Of a DNA stretch of 64,000 bases, positions 1 through 13,103 are shown one piece after another. The stretch lies in the NCBI GenBank assembly GCA_012295275.1, contig CM022675.1:10168001-10232000 (forward strand), read 5' to 3'. The first letter of the stretch is position 1. Every line of letters starts with the position of its first letter. Below the pieces are notes generated by a model. The model was not told where the DNA came from, made no database searches, and saw only the letters and a list, made by a program, of their open reading frames with translations. This DNA comes from Chrysomallon squamiferum (lineage: Eukaryota; Animalia; Mollusca). Made by a program: the position numbers and the translations under genes.

Positions 1-29
1 TTATTATTATTATTATTATTATTATTCAG

Positions 30-253
30 GCAACTAACCGGTCGAGAGATTTCATCATACAGTTTAATTCAAAATATCTGACAAGCCTCGATGCCAAGGT
101 TACTGCGTCTTGTATTGGAGACGAAGTCAGTAACGTGACCGTAACCAAAACACTGGAAAATACAACAACAGAAGGGTAAGTTAATTACTGCATATATCTA
201 TCTGTCTTTCTTTGTACGTACGTACATACTTACGTATTTAAACACACTCTCAG

Positions 254-316
<63 letters not shown>

Positions 317-3300
317 AGCTTGTCTTGAAGGCCGAACGGTAACGTCGTCCGTCTTCGGGGTGCTGGGGAATGGGTGCCATACGTTCGAGTCTCGTCAGCG
401 GCATCTGACGGCTGTTATAAGATCGTGATTGGACTTTGTCCTTCCTGCGCCAGTGCGTACACGAATATTGTCCGTGTGCAGAGTCTATTCAGACGTACAT
501 CCAACAGAGAATATTCATTCCTAAATGTATACATACATACGTACCTACGTACGTAAATCCATCCATCCATCCATCCATCCATCCATCCATCCATCCATCC
601 ATCGATATTTTCATACTTTCATACTTATGCGCAGACTGGCAGATATACAGACGTCATTGTAACGTAAGACAGACGTGTATTTACGTGAACAAATGTTGAT
701 GTTTTACAGTCATATCAAGGAAGATGTTGTTACCAGTAAATCTCCCTCCAAAGTGAAATTTGAGATCAAAAAGGAAGACGGGTCAGTGGTGTCAGGACCT
801 GTATCACTGAGCGATCGTCTCACGTTTGAATTTACTGCAGGTAAAAAGTATTTCCACTACAACTGTCATATCACTACTTATACTGTTTTAATATTACTTC
901 TTTTTTTGCTAATGCTGTCTTACTTCTACTTTTGTCTAACGATAAAGTACTATTATGTCTACTTAATATTTTTTTACTACTGTTTTGTTGTAACGTAATT
1001 TTTACTACTACCTCTTGGTAATTCTACGGTACTGATACTTCTTTAACGCTATATTACCAAGTCGCTACTAGTTATTGCTAATGCTGTATTACTATTCTCT
1101 GCTAGCGAAACGTTACTGTTACTGCTTCATGGTAATGTACTAATCCAGTGATTATCAACCAGTGTGCCGCAAAATTTTTTAGAAAAAGAAAATCCAAATC
1201 TCATTCGTACTCATTGCTTTCTACATAGAGAAGTTCTTGTTTAAAAAATATCACAGGAAGATTTAAAGGTTGTGTTAAATCAAGTTATTGGAATGGTCAA
1301 TTATATAGAAAGTAGGCCACTGAAGTCACGATTATTTGAATAACTGTGCAAAGAGATGGACTCTCAGCATGTTAAGTTATTAATGCACACTGAGGTTCCC
1401 TGGCTGTCGAAAGGCAAAAGTACTAAATCGTGTTCACGAACTGCACAAGGAATTACTATCATTTTTTCTCGAGGAAAAGCAGGAGAAATTCTGTGAATAC
1501 CTTAGTTGCGAATTTTGGATGTCTAAAATGGAATACCTGACAAAAATATTTAGTGAACAAAATAAAACAAACAGAAGTATGCAAGGTAAAAACAAAAAAA
1601 ATCTCAATTCAGCAGACGAGTTAGTTGCACACAAAAAGAAAATTGTGATTTGAAAAAAAAAAAAAAAAAGCAATCGCTGACAATCTTGATATGTTTCCTT
1701 TATTGCGTTCTACCTGCATTAGAGAAATTATCCCTATTGTGTTTATTCATCTGACAGCCCTGGACGAAAGCATCTTATTCATGTGTATTTTTCATATATA
1801 TTTAGCTAGGTGTGTCGCTATTTTTTCATGTGTTCCAAGGTGTGCCGTTGACAAAAAAAAATGGTTGAGAACCCCGGTACTAACTACTACTTCACGGTAA
1901 CGTATTTCTTTTTAATTCTTCTTAACGCTGCTACTACTGCTTTCTACTACTACTTTTTGTTAATTTTTCTCACTGCTGCACCATACTTTTTGTGTATTGT
2001 TACTAATTCTTGCTACTACGTTATTTTTACTACTAATACTTGCTAAGGAAATATTACGACTATTATCGCTGATACAGATACTACTATAACTATTATTTGT
2101 ATCATTAATACAATAACTGCTGTATTATTGCTACTGTTGTACGTTTTGCTGACGTTACTAGTAATACGACTGTTACTTCAGTAAAACTGTTGCTTTTGTG
2201 TTTTATTTATTAGAAAAGTTTGGAGCTATCTTTTTGCAATCGTGTACATGTACTAACGGACTCGAAGGAAAGGATCTGGAGTCTATGTCAATTGTAACAA
2301 ACGGGTAATCTTACTCAGTTTTCTTTTCTGGTTCAGCGTAAATTTCAACTTTTCAGTATACATTTCCACTAATTTGTTTTCAACATAAAGCTTCACTAAT
2401 ATATTTTAGTATAATTTTTACTGATATTTTTTCCAGCAAACATTTATTTACTATACTTTTTATGTAGAAATTTCAAGTTACTTTGGGTTTGAGATATTTA
2501 TTTATTTATTTATTAATTTATTTACTCATGTCAATATATTTGTATATTTATTTACACATTTATTTCTCCGTTGATTTTGTTGCATTTTTTTTCCTGGAAC
2601 ATTATTTGATTTGAATCTTAATTACTCATCCAAATACTTTCTAACTTATTTACTTACTTATTTCCTTACATATTTATTTACTCATCCAAATACTTTCTAA
2701 CTTATTTACTTACTTATTTCCTTACATATTTATTTACTTATTTACTTACGTATTTACTTAGTTATTTACTTACGTATTTACTTAGTTATTTACTTACTTA
2801 TTTCCTTACGTATTTCCTTAGTTATTTACTTACTTATTTAGTTACGTATTTACTTACGTATTTACTTACTTATTTCCTTACGAATTTACTTATTTATTTA
2901 CTTACGTATTTAGTTACGTATTTACTTACTTATTTCCGTACGTATTTATTTACCTTCTTTTGTACAAACTGAGTTGTTTATTCGTTTACTTACCTGCTTT
3001 CTTATTTATTTCATTAGTTATGAACTACTTACGTATTTATTTATTTATTGATTTAGTCATTTCCTTTCTGATAAACTTTTCTACGTACTTTCATCCCAAG
3101 TTACGTACTTAACTACTTACATACGTATTTGCTTATTTATTTACTTATTTGTATTCTTACTTACCTGCGTACTTATTCATTTGCTTATTTACTTACAGCT
3201 GCCCAGAAACAAATCTCGGAAAACTTTGGAAGCAGAAACTTAAACGACTGACTGGTGTTTCAATCGGTTTCCAGCTGCAAGCGTTCAAGTTTAACAACGC

Positions 3301-4241
3301 CCCATCAGTTGAGATGACCTGTAACTTGAAAGTGTGTACTGCTAAGAAAGCCAAATTATGTGATCCAGTAAGTATCAGAAATTCTTCACATTCTTACGCT
3401 CTACATTCCTCCTATCGAAGTAGTGTTCTAGCTGAATATGAAAAATGTTTCCGAAATGTTTCTAAAGACTTCAGTTTGAGATACAGAGCAATGTGATCCT
3501 TTTGTCATCATCAGTATATATAATGAAGGATCTTGCAGATGAGAAACAAAAATCTCATACACTGAAAAGCATAAACATTTGATAAAGATATTTATCTAGA
3601 TTCTCTCCATGTACGTATAAATGTATATTTTTATGTATGTATGTATGTATGTATGTATTCGTGTTACTTCTGAGAATGAAAAAAAATGGGATTGATGGAG
3701 AGCATTAGTGTTGCTGCTGTTGTTGTTGATGTAATTAAATAACACATACTTTTAGGTTTCCTGTGATGACAGAAAGAGAAAACGTCGATCAACTGAAAAC
3801 TCTGATGTTACTGTGAAGAAAACATTTGTCATTGAATTTTATGAAGACACAAAAGGTAAATCTGCCAATTTTCTTACCTTTTTCTGTGTCTGCTTTTTAT
3901 GTCTCCAGATGTACCTGCCTGTCTCTCTTTGTTTCTCTTTGTCTGTGGCAACCACTGCTGCTGCTACAACAACAACAACAACTACTACTACTACTGCTAC
4001 TACTACAACTGTTGTTTTTATTATTATTATTGTTGTTGTTGTTGTTGCAGGGTCGGTAAAGATCGAGAACGAAAATAAAGATCAAGGGGAGACTACTGGT
4101 AACAAATCCAGTCCTGAATCTGAAATCATCATTCCCATGGTTGTAGGCGTTGCCATAGCAATGTTACTGATTCATCTCATTATTGTTTTCGCTGTCGTAC
4201 TTCTGCGGAAACGACAGAGGAAAGAAAATTCTGAAAATTGA
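30..4241 (+). CDS. EGF-ZP family membrane protein, copy A (5'-partial; end of ZP-N, ZP-C, furin site, TM, short tail)
   Basis: Six GT-AG exons with consistent phases: 30-175, 710-840, 2214-2304, 3199-3367, 3756-3855, 4051-4241 (TGA). Translation includes ZP-C motifs QSC...NGCP...QAFKF...MTCNLKVC, furin site RKRKRR, hydrophobic patch [11 protein letters not shown], a TM helix ([27 protein letters not shown]) and an RKRQRK stop-transfer. Four of the six exon lengths equal those in copies B and C; the other two are 6 nt shorter. Confidence 0.9.
1146..1877 (+). mobile_element. Internally deleted hAT transposon (Buster/Charlie type) in an intron of copy A
   Basis: Degenerate TIRs CAGTGATTATCAACC / GGTTGAGAACCCCGG and an imperfect 8-bp TSD with central TA (tactaatc / tactaact). 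Decayed transposase THCFLHRE...[39 protein letters not shown] contains a stop and a frameshift. Confidence 0.85.
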
Positions 4242-4841
4242 GTTTTCTTCAGCGGTCAAATAGCGAAAGACATTTTGTTTTCAACCTGCTTTTAGCCGAA
4301 GCTTTTGTTTTTCATCATTTTACTTTTTCTTTTTTTAAATTTTATTTTACTTTATCATTGTTAAGTTTTTTCTCTCTTTTTTCTCGTTTTTTTTTACTCT
4401 TATTTTATTCCTTCTGCAGTGTTTCTTCTGTTTGTTTTCGTAATTTATATATTTTCCACATTATTTTTGTTACTGACATTGTTATTGTTATTATTATTTT
4501 AATTTCTGACGTATTTATTTATTTATTTATTTGTTAATTTCATGGACTGTTGGTTACTGTTTTTGCTTTTTTTTTTTTTTTTTTTTTTTTTAAAGATTTT
4601 TTCTTGATGCGTTTTATTCTTCAACTTCTTCTTTCTGTTTACTATTTTGTACTTACGCTACAGTTCAACTAGCAATGCCTCAACTGTTGCTGACAATAAA
4701 CACATTGTTTAAATATTAAATATTTCTAACTGTATCAGCTTCAAATAAAACATACTGCTTAAATTATTTTGTTTGTTATGATTAAAAAGAAAGACAGAGT
4801 GAGCGAGAGATGTGTTTGTTTGTATGTGGGTATATAGGCGA

Positions 4842-4883
<42 letters not shown>

Positions 4884-5047
4884 GTGCACGTGTGCGTGTG
4901 GCAATAATACCATTTGAACACGGTTTAGAAACTTTTTTTCACATTTACCTTTTTAACATAATTTTTTCTACATAAATCTCTTGGGGATTTTTGTCTGTGT
5001 TTAAAATATCGAAATGGATCTTCTCCAGAATAATAATAATAAAAGAA

Positions 5048-5086
<39 letters not shown>

Positions 5087-5303
5087 TAATAATAATGAAG
5101 CTTTTCACGTTATTGACAGGAATCAGTTTCCATAGTCTTTATATCGTGTGGATTTTTTTTTAAAAAGAAGAAAAAAAGACATCCAAAAAACAAATTTTTA
5201 TTATTATTATTATAATTATTATTATTTCCAATTAATTTTACTTCTGTTTCCCGACTTGCTTCGAATTCATCCGAATGTAACGGGTTCATAGAACGTAATT
5301 ATG

Positions 5304-5311
5304 TGACGTCA
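5304..5311. promoter_or_regulatory. Palindromic CRE (TGACGTCA) upstream of the orphan gene
   Basis: Perfect TGACGTCA about 60 bp 5' of the ATG at 5372. Function is inferred only. Confidence 0.35.
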
Positions 5312-5371
5312 TCTCTATGACTACGAATTGATAGAATATTCTAATTGAAAAGGTTTTTCTGCTGCAGAAAA

Positions 5372-6369
5372 ATGAATTGTTTACGGCATTCAAAAACTAT
5401 TACGACAAAGCGGCGATCTAAACAGAAGAAAGGTGCAATCGAGATCGTATGCACACCGTCTATGACATCGCTGGATCAAAACCCATGGTAGGATTTTCAA
5501 ATCTCTGCCTTCAGTACTCAAAAGCCATTATTATCATATGATAAATTCGTAATATAATTATATTTCTTTAGTTAAATTAAATTATTTCTTTTGTTAATTC
5601 CATTATTTCTAATTTGAAAAAGAAATAAAATATTTAACTTCTTCTCTTTCGTAATTAAGTAATTATAATTTAGTTAAATATTTATCGTCAGGTTTATTAT
5701 TATTTTTTTTTTTTATAAAACGGAACTATTTTAAGAACAAATGGCAGATAAGAGTTATCGCCCTTGGGTATGGCGATACTAGGCGTTAGTATTTTCACAG
5801 TAAAGTTTACTTCAAAATCAGCAGTCTAAAATCCATTTTTAATAATTGCTACGAATTTCATTGATATTATTATAGACTATGCAGGGCTGTAAATGAGATT
5901 TATTTGCATTTGACGTAATAATTATAGCTATTTTTATCTACATAGTTTCAAGCAGTGTATTTCCGTTTCTTTTTTTATAATTTGTATTCTGTTGTGTCTT
6001 TCTTCGAGGAATATATATATATATATTGTGTGCCAACCAGATTGTTAATTACATAAATTAATCTGTCATAAAGTTTACAAATATGTCCCAACTGATATTT
6101 CGTAAGCTGTCTCGAAACACCATTATAAAACATTCTAGCCACAAGGAAGATTATTGCATTAAAAATGTGTTTGTAATACACAACTTATATTAATTATTTT
6201 GTTTCAAGGGAGTGGAAGCCTTGCGTCAACGCGTATGAAGAATTTGAGCTGTTTTCCGATTTCGCTAGTGATGTACGTTTTTACACACAGAATTTCAAAA
6301 TCAAACAAACAAAACAAAAACAAATGTTTTATTCATTTATTTATAATTATATATATATATTGTTTATTA

Positions 6370-6419
<50 letters not shown>

Positions 6420-6547
6420 TTAAATAAAATATTTATATGTTCTGTTTGTCACTTAGAAACTGTATTAATAAAATATGTCTGTTTTAATCAATAATGATGA
6501 AGAGATAAACCTGATTAAATAAAATGTTGAATTTGTTATCTGATTTC

Positions 6548-6596
<49 letters not shown>

Positions 6597-9500
6597 TTTT
6601 TACTAACTTTGTTTCCAGGATCCTGAAGAAATCCATTTTACAGATATAAGCTCTCCAGTCTCCAATGACAACTGTGAGTGGGTCCCATTAGTTAAAAAGG
6701 ATAAATTTTTAATGTATTTCTAGTCAGTAGTAGTATGTGGAGTTTAATTTTATTTAAGAATTGTAGACAATTTATAAATCACACTGGATACCAAAAATTA
6801 CAGATTATTTTACTGATATTTATATATATAATTCTATTTCTACAAGTTTATGAATTTCTGAGTTTGTGTAATAGAGGTTTATACAGTATTACTAATTAGT
6901 CATTTTAATGTTAAAATAATAAACGTAAATTAATGAATCTGTTAATTGCACTTCCAGTGTCTCCGAGTTCCTCCTATACAAATTTCTTTGAGGATGACGT
7001 TGATTTTGACTTTCGTCTGGACAGCTCGTGGTCACTCCTCGATGAAATTGTTAGAGAATTTCACTCATCTGATGACCATAAGGAACTTGCCAAGTTATTT
7101 GTAATTATTAATTTCATATTTTATTTTTTAAATTTTTTCTTATTAATATTTAACTTTTGATTGTATTAATTGTGTTATTGGAACAAAACAGGTTTATATT
7201 TGTTTATAATTATCACTTTAAATGGGTTTATAGTTATTTAGAATTACCCTGTTAACTGAAAACTTTACATCTTCTAGTAATAGGAGTAACAGAGGTAAGT
7301 GTTTTGAAATGTTTTGTACTTCTGTTAATAATTTGTTATATTTTATTTCAGGACAAAACATTTCTTGAATGCCCACTGCCCTCAGATGAGATAGAGGTAA
7401 GTGTTAAATTTTTACTTCATTTTCATAAAAACAGTTCTGTTTTTTCATCATATCTTATTATTTTAACAAACATATTTTCAAAATCTTCCATTGTTATGAG
7501 CTAAGACAACAAATAAACAGCTTTATTCAAAACAGCAAGAAAACTCACAATAACTATATGAAAATATGAAAGAATAAAACATTTATAAAACAGTGGACAT
7601 ATCCAGTCAACAATGAAATATTTATGAAAAATAAACCATAAGTCTTTTGTAATAAAATTAATAAATATAATACAAACAAAACAAAAAATTAAAATTAATT
7701 ATATATTTTTACTTTTCAGGCTGATAAATCTGATGGTAAGTATTTTAAACTAGACAAATAATTTTATTCTGTCATATATTAATCTTATAAGTAACACCTA
7801 GCAGGAACTAACAGTTTAAAACTAATATATTTCATTGACATCCATCTCTTTAAGACAAAGCTAATCAAAGAAACAATTTTTCAACTGCTGGTTTTTAGAA
7901 CAAAATGTTACTATATAATTATTAACAACTTCAAAAATATCTCAAAGTAGTCTTTGTTTCTAAATTGCTGACTTGCTTTCACAAAAGGAAAATTTGGTGG
8001 ACATGTTGAATCACTTACTTTGTAATCTTATTATATTAGGAATATATTAATAAAATTAACTCGACATAAACGAAACTAACACATTATTATTATGATGATG
8101 ATGATTATGATGAATACTACATAACCTACTTGGTAATATTATTATTTTATGATGAATATACATTAAGAAAAATATTAGAATTATAAAATTATGAAAAAGA
8201 CATATTGTTTGTTTATTTATTTTTTTAAATTATTATTATTATTATTATTATTTTTTATTTTGTTTTTTTAAGTGTGTCCATCAGAAGAATCTTTTTTCTC
8301 TCTTGCTTGTGATGGAGATATTGATGATTCAGACAAATACGTAGCTGAACAGAAAGAAATCAGTCTGGGTTCTGATTGGTCGATGATGGATGACATCATT
8401 TCTCACTTCAGTGGATCTGATATGTATGAAGACGTGACTAAGTTTCTGGTTAGTGTTTGTCAAGATGTTGTCTGTTAATAGATGGTTGTCTGTTGATAGA
8501 TAGTTGTCTGTTAATAGATAGTTGTTTTGCCATTCGTAACAGGACATTTTTCATATAGCTAATCATTTAAAAAAATGTGTAAATCTTAAGAGAAGAAGAA
8601 AGAAAAAATATGGAGGATTGGTATGTTTAAATCTGGTACAAATTGGAGAACGTAACTAGTCTGTTAGTTAAAGTTCTCTTCTGATATTTGATGGATACAT
8701 GATTAAATATCTTTAATTTGTGATTTTTCCTATTGCAGTCAGTTCCTACAGGTGATGTGTTAAAGTCTGTTTTATGTTTTCCTGTCTGTGATAAAATTTA
8801 CATAAAATAGGTCATACCTGTAGGGTGATTTTGGGGTTTCATGTCTTGTATCTTTAAAAAATAAAAATGTAATTTAAACAAAATAATTGTTCATACATCA
8901 TGAAAAAGAAAGAAAAAAGAAAATAACTGACTTTAATTAGATTAATAAAAATTCAAATTCTAAAGTTTTTAACATTGTTTTAGCTGTAGGATTAATTTCT
9001 TAATCACCTTTTAGCATGAGAAACCAATCAGACTTGATTTCTTTATACCAGTATTGATATGAGTACATATGACAGTGTTTTTCTGTTACAATGAGAATAA
9101 TGTAGTGTTAAAAGTGTTTAATACAAAGTCAATGTGTTTCTTCATTCAGAACATAAACACTCCAAATACTCCAAAGCCAGAAAATTTCATCCTGTCAAAG
9201 AGAGTGAGTATCACTTTTTAACAAACACACAATCGTTATTTTTATTCACTTTTAATTAATAGAACAAAAAAAGTTTAATTAAAAAGAAAAAAAAATAAAT
9301 ACAAATTTTAAAAATTATGTAAAATAAATAATGTTACATTAGAACTAAGTGAAAAAAAAACAAAAAAAACATTTGTAAGTAAAGAAAATTAAATTTTAAC
9401 TTTCTGTTGCAGACAATTTTCCAGGATAGTGTTTGTTCAACTGGAGATACAAATATCAGGTTAGTAGTTGTAAATTTCTCATATTATAAAATAAAAACAA

Positions 9501-10295
9501 ACATTACATGGTCATTTGGAAATTAATTTGTGACATTTTAATTTTTTGTTTTTCTCAAATTTATTATTAAATTTGGTTTTGTCATGTTACTGTTTTGAAA
9601 TCTTTATTTTAGGTAACAATAAAATATTTGAATCAAACTGATTAAATTGCAGACTGCAAGTTTGAATGAAATATTTTTTTATGTTTGCTGATATTTTGCA
9701 GTTTTGCTGAAAGTGACATGACAAATGAGCATCAAAACCTTCATCCAAAACTTTTTAAACAGAATAAAGGAAACTTCTGGTTGTTCAAACGTGGTAAGTA
9801 ATTATAAAGAAAACTTACGTGGTTGTATTATTTTTATCATATTAAAACTTTAGACTTAGCCTAAATCAGTAAGATAGTTTCATTTAACAGTATTGACTCT
9901 TGCCTAACAGTACAACATGTTGAGAGTTTATTGTCTTTAGAATTAAATACCAAAAAAAAAATAAAGATAATAAAATAAATAAATAAACAATTAAATAATA
10001 ATAATAATAATAAATAAAAAAAACAACAAAAAAACAACAACATATATACATACATAAATAAAGAAAGAAATGAATAAATAAATAAACAGGTCAACAAGTA
10101 AATTAAAAAAAAACCTAATAATAAAAACTACAAAATAAGAACAAAGAAAACAAACCACATTGGTTACCTTGTAGAATTTAAAACTTAAAAAATGTTCATT
10201 CCTTTGTTGCAGACAAAGAGAGAGAAAACAGAAAAAAACCTGCCAGTCTTGCAGAACATGGCATTGACATCAGTCTAACACCAGCCTACGTATAG
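5372..10295 (+). CDS. Uncharacterised acidic 296-aa protein with an internally duplicated exon-encoded motif (11 exons)
   Basis: Exons 5372-5487, 6209-6272, 6619-6673, 6958-7100, 7352-7396, 7720-7735, 8273-8448, 9150-9203, 9413-9459, 9702-9793, 10213-10295. All introns are GT-AG and all phases are compatible: 891 nt with no internal stop, MNCLRHSKTITTKRRSKQKK...GIDISLTPAYV*. Confidence 0.8.
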
Positions 10296-10849
10296 CTTAT
10301 TGCTGTCAAACCTTTGTTTACTTTCTATAAATCTATATTTTTATTTTTAAACAAAAGCAATATTAAATTAATTATAACTATGAACAACAAGTAACTCTCA
10401 AATATCTTAGGATTAATTCCATTTGAGTAGATGCAGAAGACAGAAAATAAACAGTTAAACAAATACAGATTATAATAAATTAGTAATAGATATCTCACTT
10501 ATCTGAACTATGCTGTTATATCATGTGCTCATGTTGTATCCCCATTTCATTTTAAACAACAACAAAAATATCAGTAATAGACAAGTAACACATTTTTTCT
10601 TTTTTATAGATGTACTAAAAACCAAAAGAAATGTAAAAATATTTGTACATGAAATGTTTGATAAGAATAATTTATTGTATATTTTATAATTTTCATTTTA
10701 TTGTGAAAATGTTGATATCTTTTTTGTAAAGAAATAAATAAAAACTAAAAACAATAATAATAAAAAACCTGATTGTTTCTATATTTTATTTAATTTATTT
10801 ATTACCTCTATATTTTTATTACATTGTATTTGTGGTCATATAGTATCAT

Positions 10850-11002
10850 ATATCTGGTTAAGAATCACTCATATAGATGTCAACTGTCATCTCTTCATTG
10901 GGCTACTCTTTCCAGTTAGCAGCAACATATCATTGAAATGTACCATCCCATAGACAGGAGAGTACATACGTGGTCATTATTATACTAGCTGTGAAAAACT
11001 GA
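10850..11002 (-). mobile_element. SINE-like dispersed repeat fragment (unexpanded homologue of the element at 47120-50110)
   Basis: The reverse complement contains TTGCTGCTAACTGGAAAGAGTAGCCCA, identical to about 50069-50095, with similar flanks. It resembles a widespread molluscan SINE central domain (Meta/MESC type, from recall). Confidence 0.65.
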
Positions 11003-13052
11003 AATCCATCTCTTTTTGAAAAGGAAAACTAATTTATTGAATATATAGATGCTATGAAACTGTTTCAGATTTTAAATTATCAATTCCCGTTAGTTTTTTT
11101 CTTATTGTTTTTAGTGATGACTATATTATTTAAACATGAAATGGCTTCTTCAAATTATCAGATTTATTGGTATTACGTTTAATTATTCGTGGATCTGTTA
11201 CTACGGCAGATAACTCTTGTATTCTTCTTATTAGATAACCTGTAGAAGGGTTATCTCCCTTCATTCTAGTTTTGTACCATGGATTCCACTGATAAACTGA
11301 TAGAAAATGTATACTTATTACATGCAATGTTATCCTCTGAATTTTTTTTATTTTGTTAGCGAAGTCCCTTTAAGAATAATATGATTTACAAACAGTATGC
11401 AGTGCATTATGAAATAACAAATCAACAAATGTTTATGGGTAGGTTTGTTAAATAGCTTGGTCCACTGGAATATAATTATGACTGTAAGAAGAGTTGTTTA
11501 TTATTAGAAGCTATTTATTACAAATAGTTATTACTTTGAAGGTATTTTAGACAAATTGTGACCATCTATATTTAACATTCACTATGAGAGAGAGAGACAG
11601 AGGCAGAGAGAGAGATAGAAATTCAGAACGGATAAATATATAGACACACATATATATATTTATGTATTTACATTTGTGTTCACATATCTATGATTATAAC
11701 AGATGGTAATTATGGAACAAAGACATTATTAAAATAGTGGCAATTGTCACAACCATCACATCAAAGTTAAACAGAAGAGTGAAATTGTAGTTACCTTTGT
11801 TCATCTGAACTGTACACTCATTCAGTGAAGAAGATTTCCTGCTGTGATTTCAACATTTCTCACACAGCTCTTCAATCTCACACTGTTTATACCAGACTGA
11901 CCAGGAGACTGTGTACATTGCATGAAGACAGTGAACGATGACCTCAATGTCTTGCTGGTTACCATTTGCTGATAAAACAACATCTTGACTACATGATAGT
12001 ATGTGTCCTTACACAATGTCCCTGGTCAATGACCAGCTGTCCCAGAGGAACACACTACTACAAGGCACGTGGTCAAACTGGTCAGTTCTGTCACAGTCAC
12101 ATACATAAAACTTCAAAAAAAATTATATACAAAATGTTCAGTACACAAACACACTTCTAGAAAAACATAAAACATTTCTTATCTTTTTAAATTTTATTTC
12201 AAAAAGTATTTTGAAAGTATCCTTTCTGAATATCTGAAAAAAACAACAACCAAAATTAACATCCCGAAAAAACATTTACAGAACAAAAACATTAAACATT
12301 TACAGAACAAAATAACTTATATTATAAACGTTTTATCAGAGATTTATTCACAAGCACATAAAATCTTCACTGTAGAATTACAGTATTAAATATTTCCATT
12401 CATCAGCTGTGATTTGAGTGCAAACAAAATATACCTGTTGTCTGATCATTGTTGATACTGTCTCTAATAGGGTTATTCAGATTGCAAGCAAAAATAAACT
12501 ATGTTTTAAAAAAGAATTTATAATAATCAGACTATTTTTTCTCACCTCAAATTCAGCATTCAAGCAATACTCCTTGGACTCACAGTTAATATGTTTAATT
12601 TGCCATGTACTGAGAGAATTTTGCAAAAAAATAATCACCTTATCTTTGAGCATACATGCATTGGTTCTATTGAAATATAAAAATCAGAAGAATTACGTAA
12701 ATTATATCCTATTAGATAATTTGACTAAATTTGTTGCATTTTAACCCTGAAAGAGGATAATCAAGATAATTTTGTTTTATTCTTTTATGGTTTATTACGA
12801 GATATATACAACAAGTACAAGAGTTAGCTCTCTTGACTAACTTTAATACTTTGTACATGCATTGATTTGAGCAGAGACATGTATCGTACTAGATAATTTT
12901 ACAAAACTTGTTCTTGTTTTTCTAATTCTCTTATTGTGACAATGTAATTCTGTTATCTGACATGTAACTATTACCTTTGTCAGTTCATCAAGGAATCGCT
13001 CTTCTGTTCTTTCGTATGACCAAGTGTAACAGAGATTTGGGGAATATCTTCA

Positions 13053-13103
13053 TCTGCAGTAAATTCAATGGTGAGACGATCACTCAGTGATACAAGTCCT
13101 GAT
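13053..13103 (-). pseudogene. Captured fragment of a ZP-C exon ([16 protein letters not shown])
   Basis: The reverse complement tcaggacttgtatcactgagtgatcgtctcaccattgaatttactgcag matches the [16 protein letters not shown] exon of copies A, B and C. Confidence 0.8.

Noticed and set aside
7242-7300. Extra exon of the orphan gene ending in AGAG|GTAAGT
   Set aside because: No nearby acceptor gives a phase-compatible, stop-free exon. It could at most be a poison exon.
12546-12665. TIR-domain-like peptide (KVIIFL...SKEYCLNAEF) on the minus strand
   Set aside because: Similarity is too weak and the phases do not link to neighbouring blocks, so no family is called.
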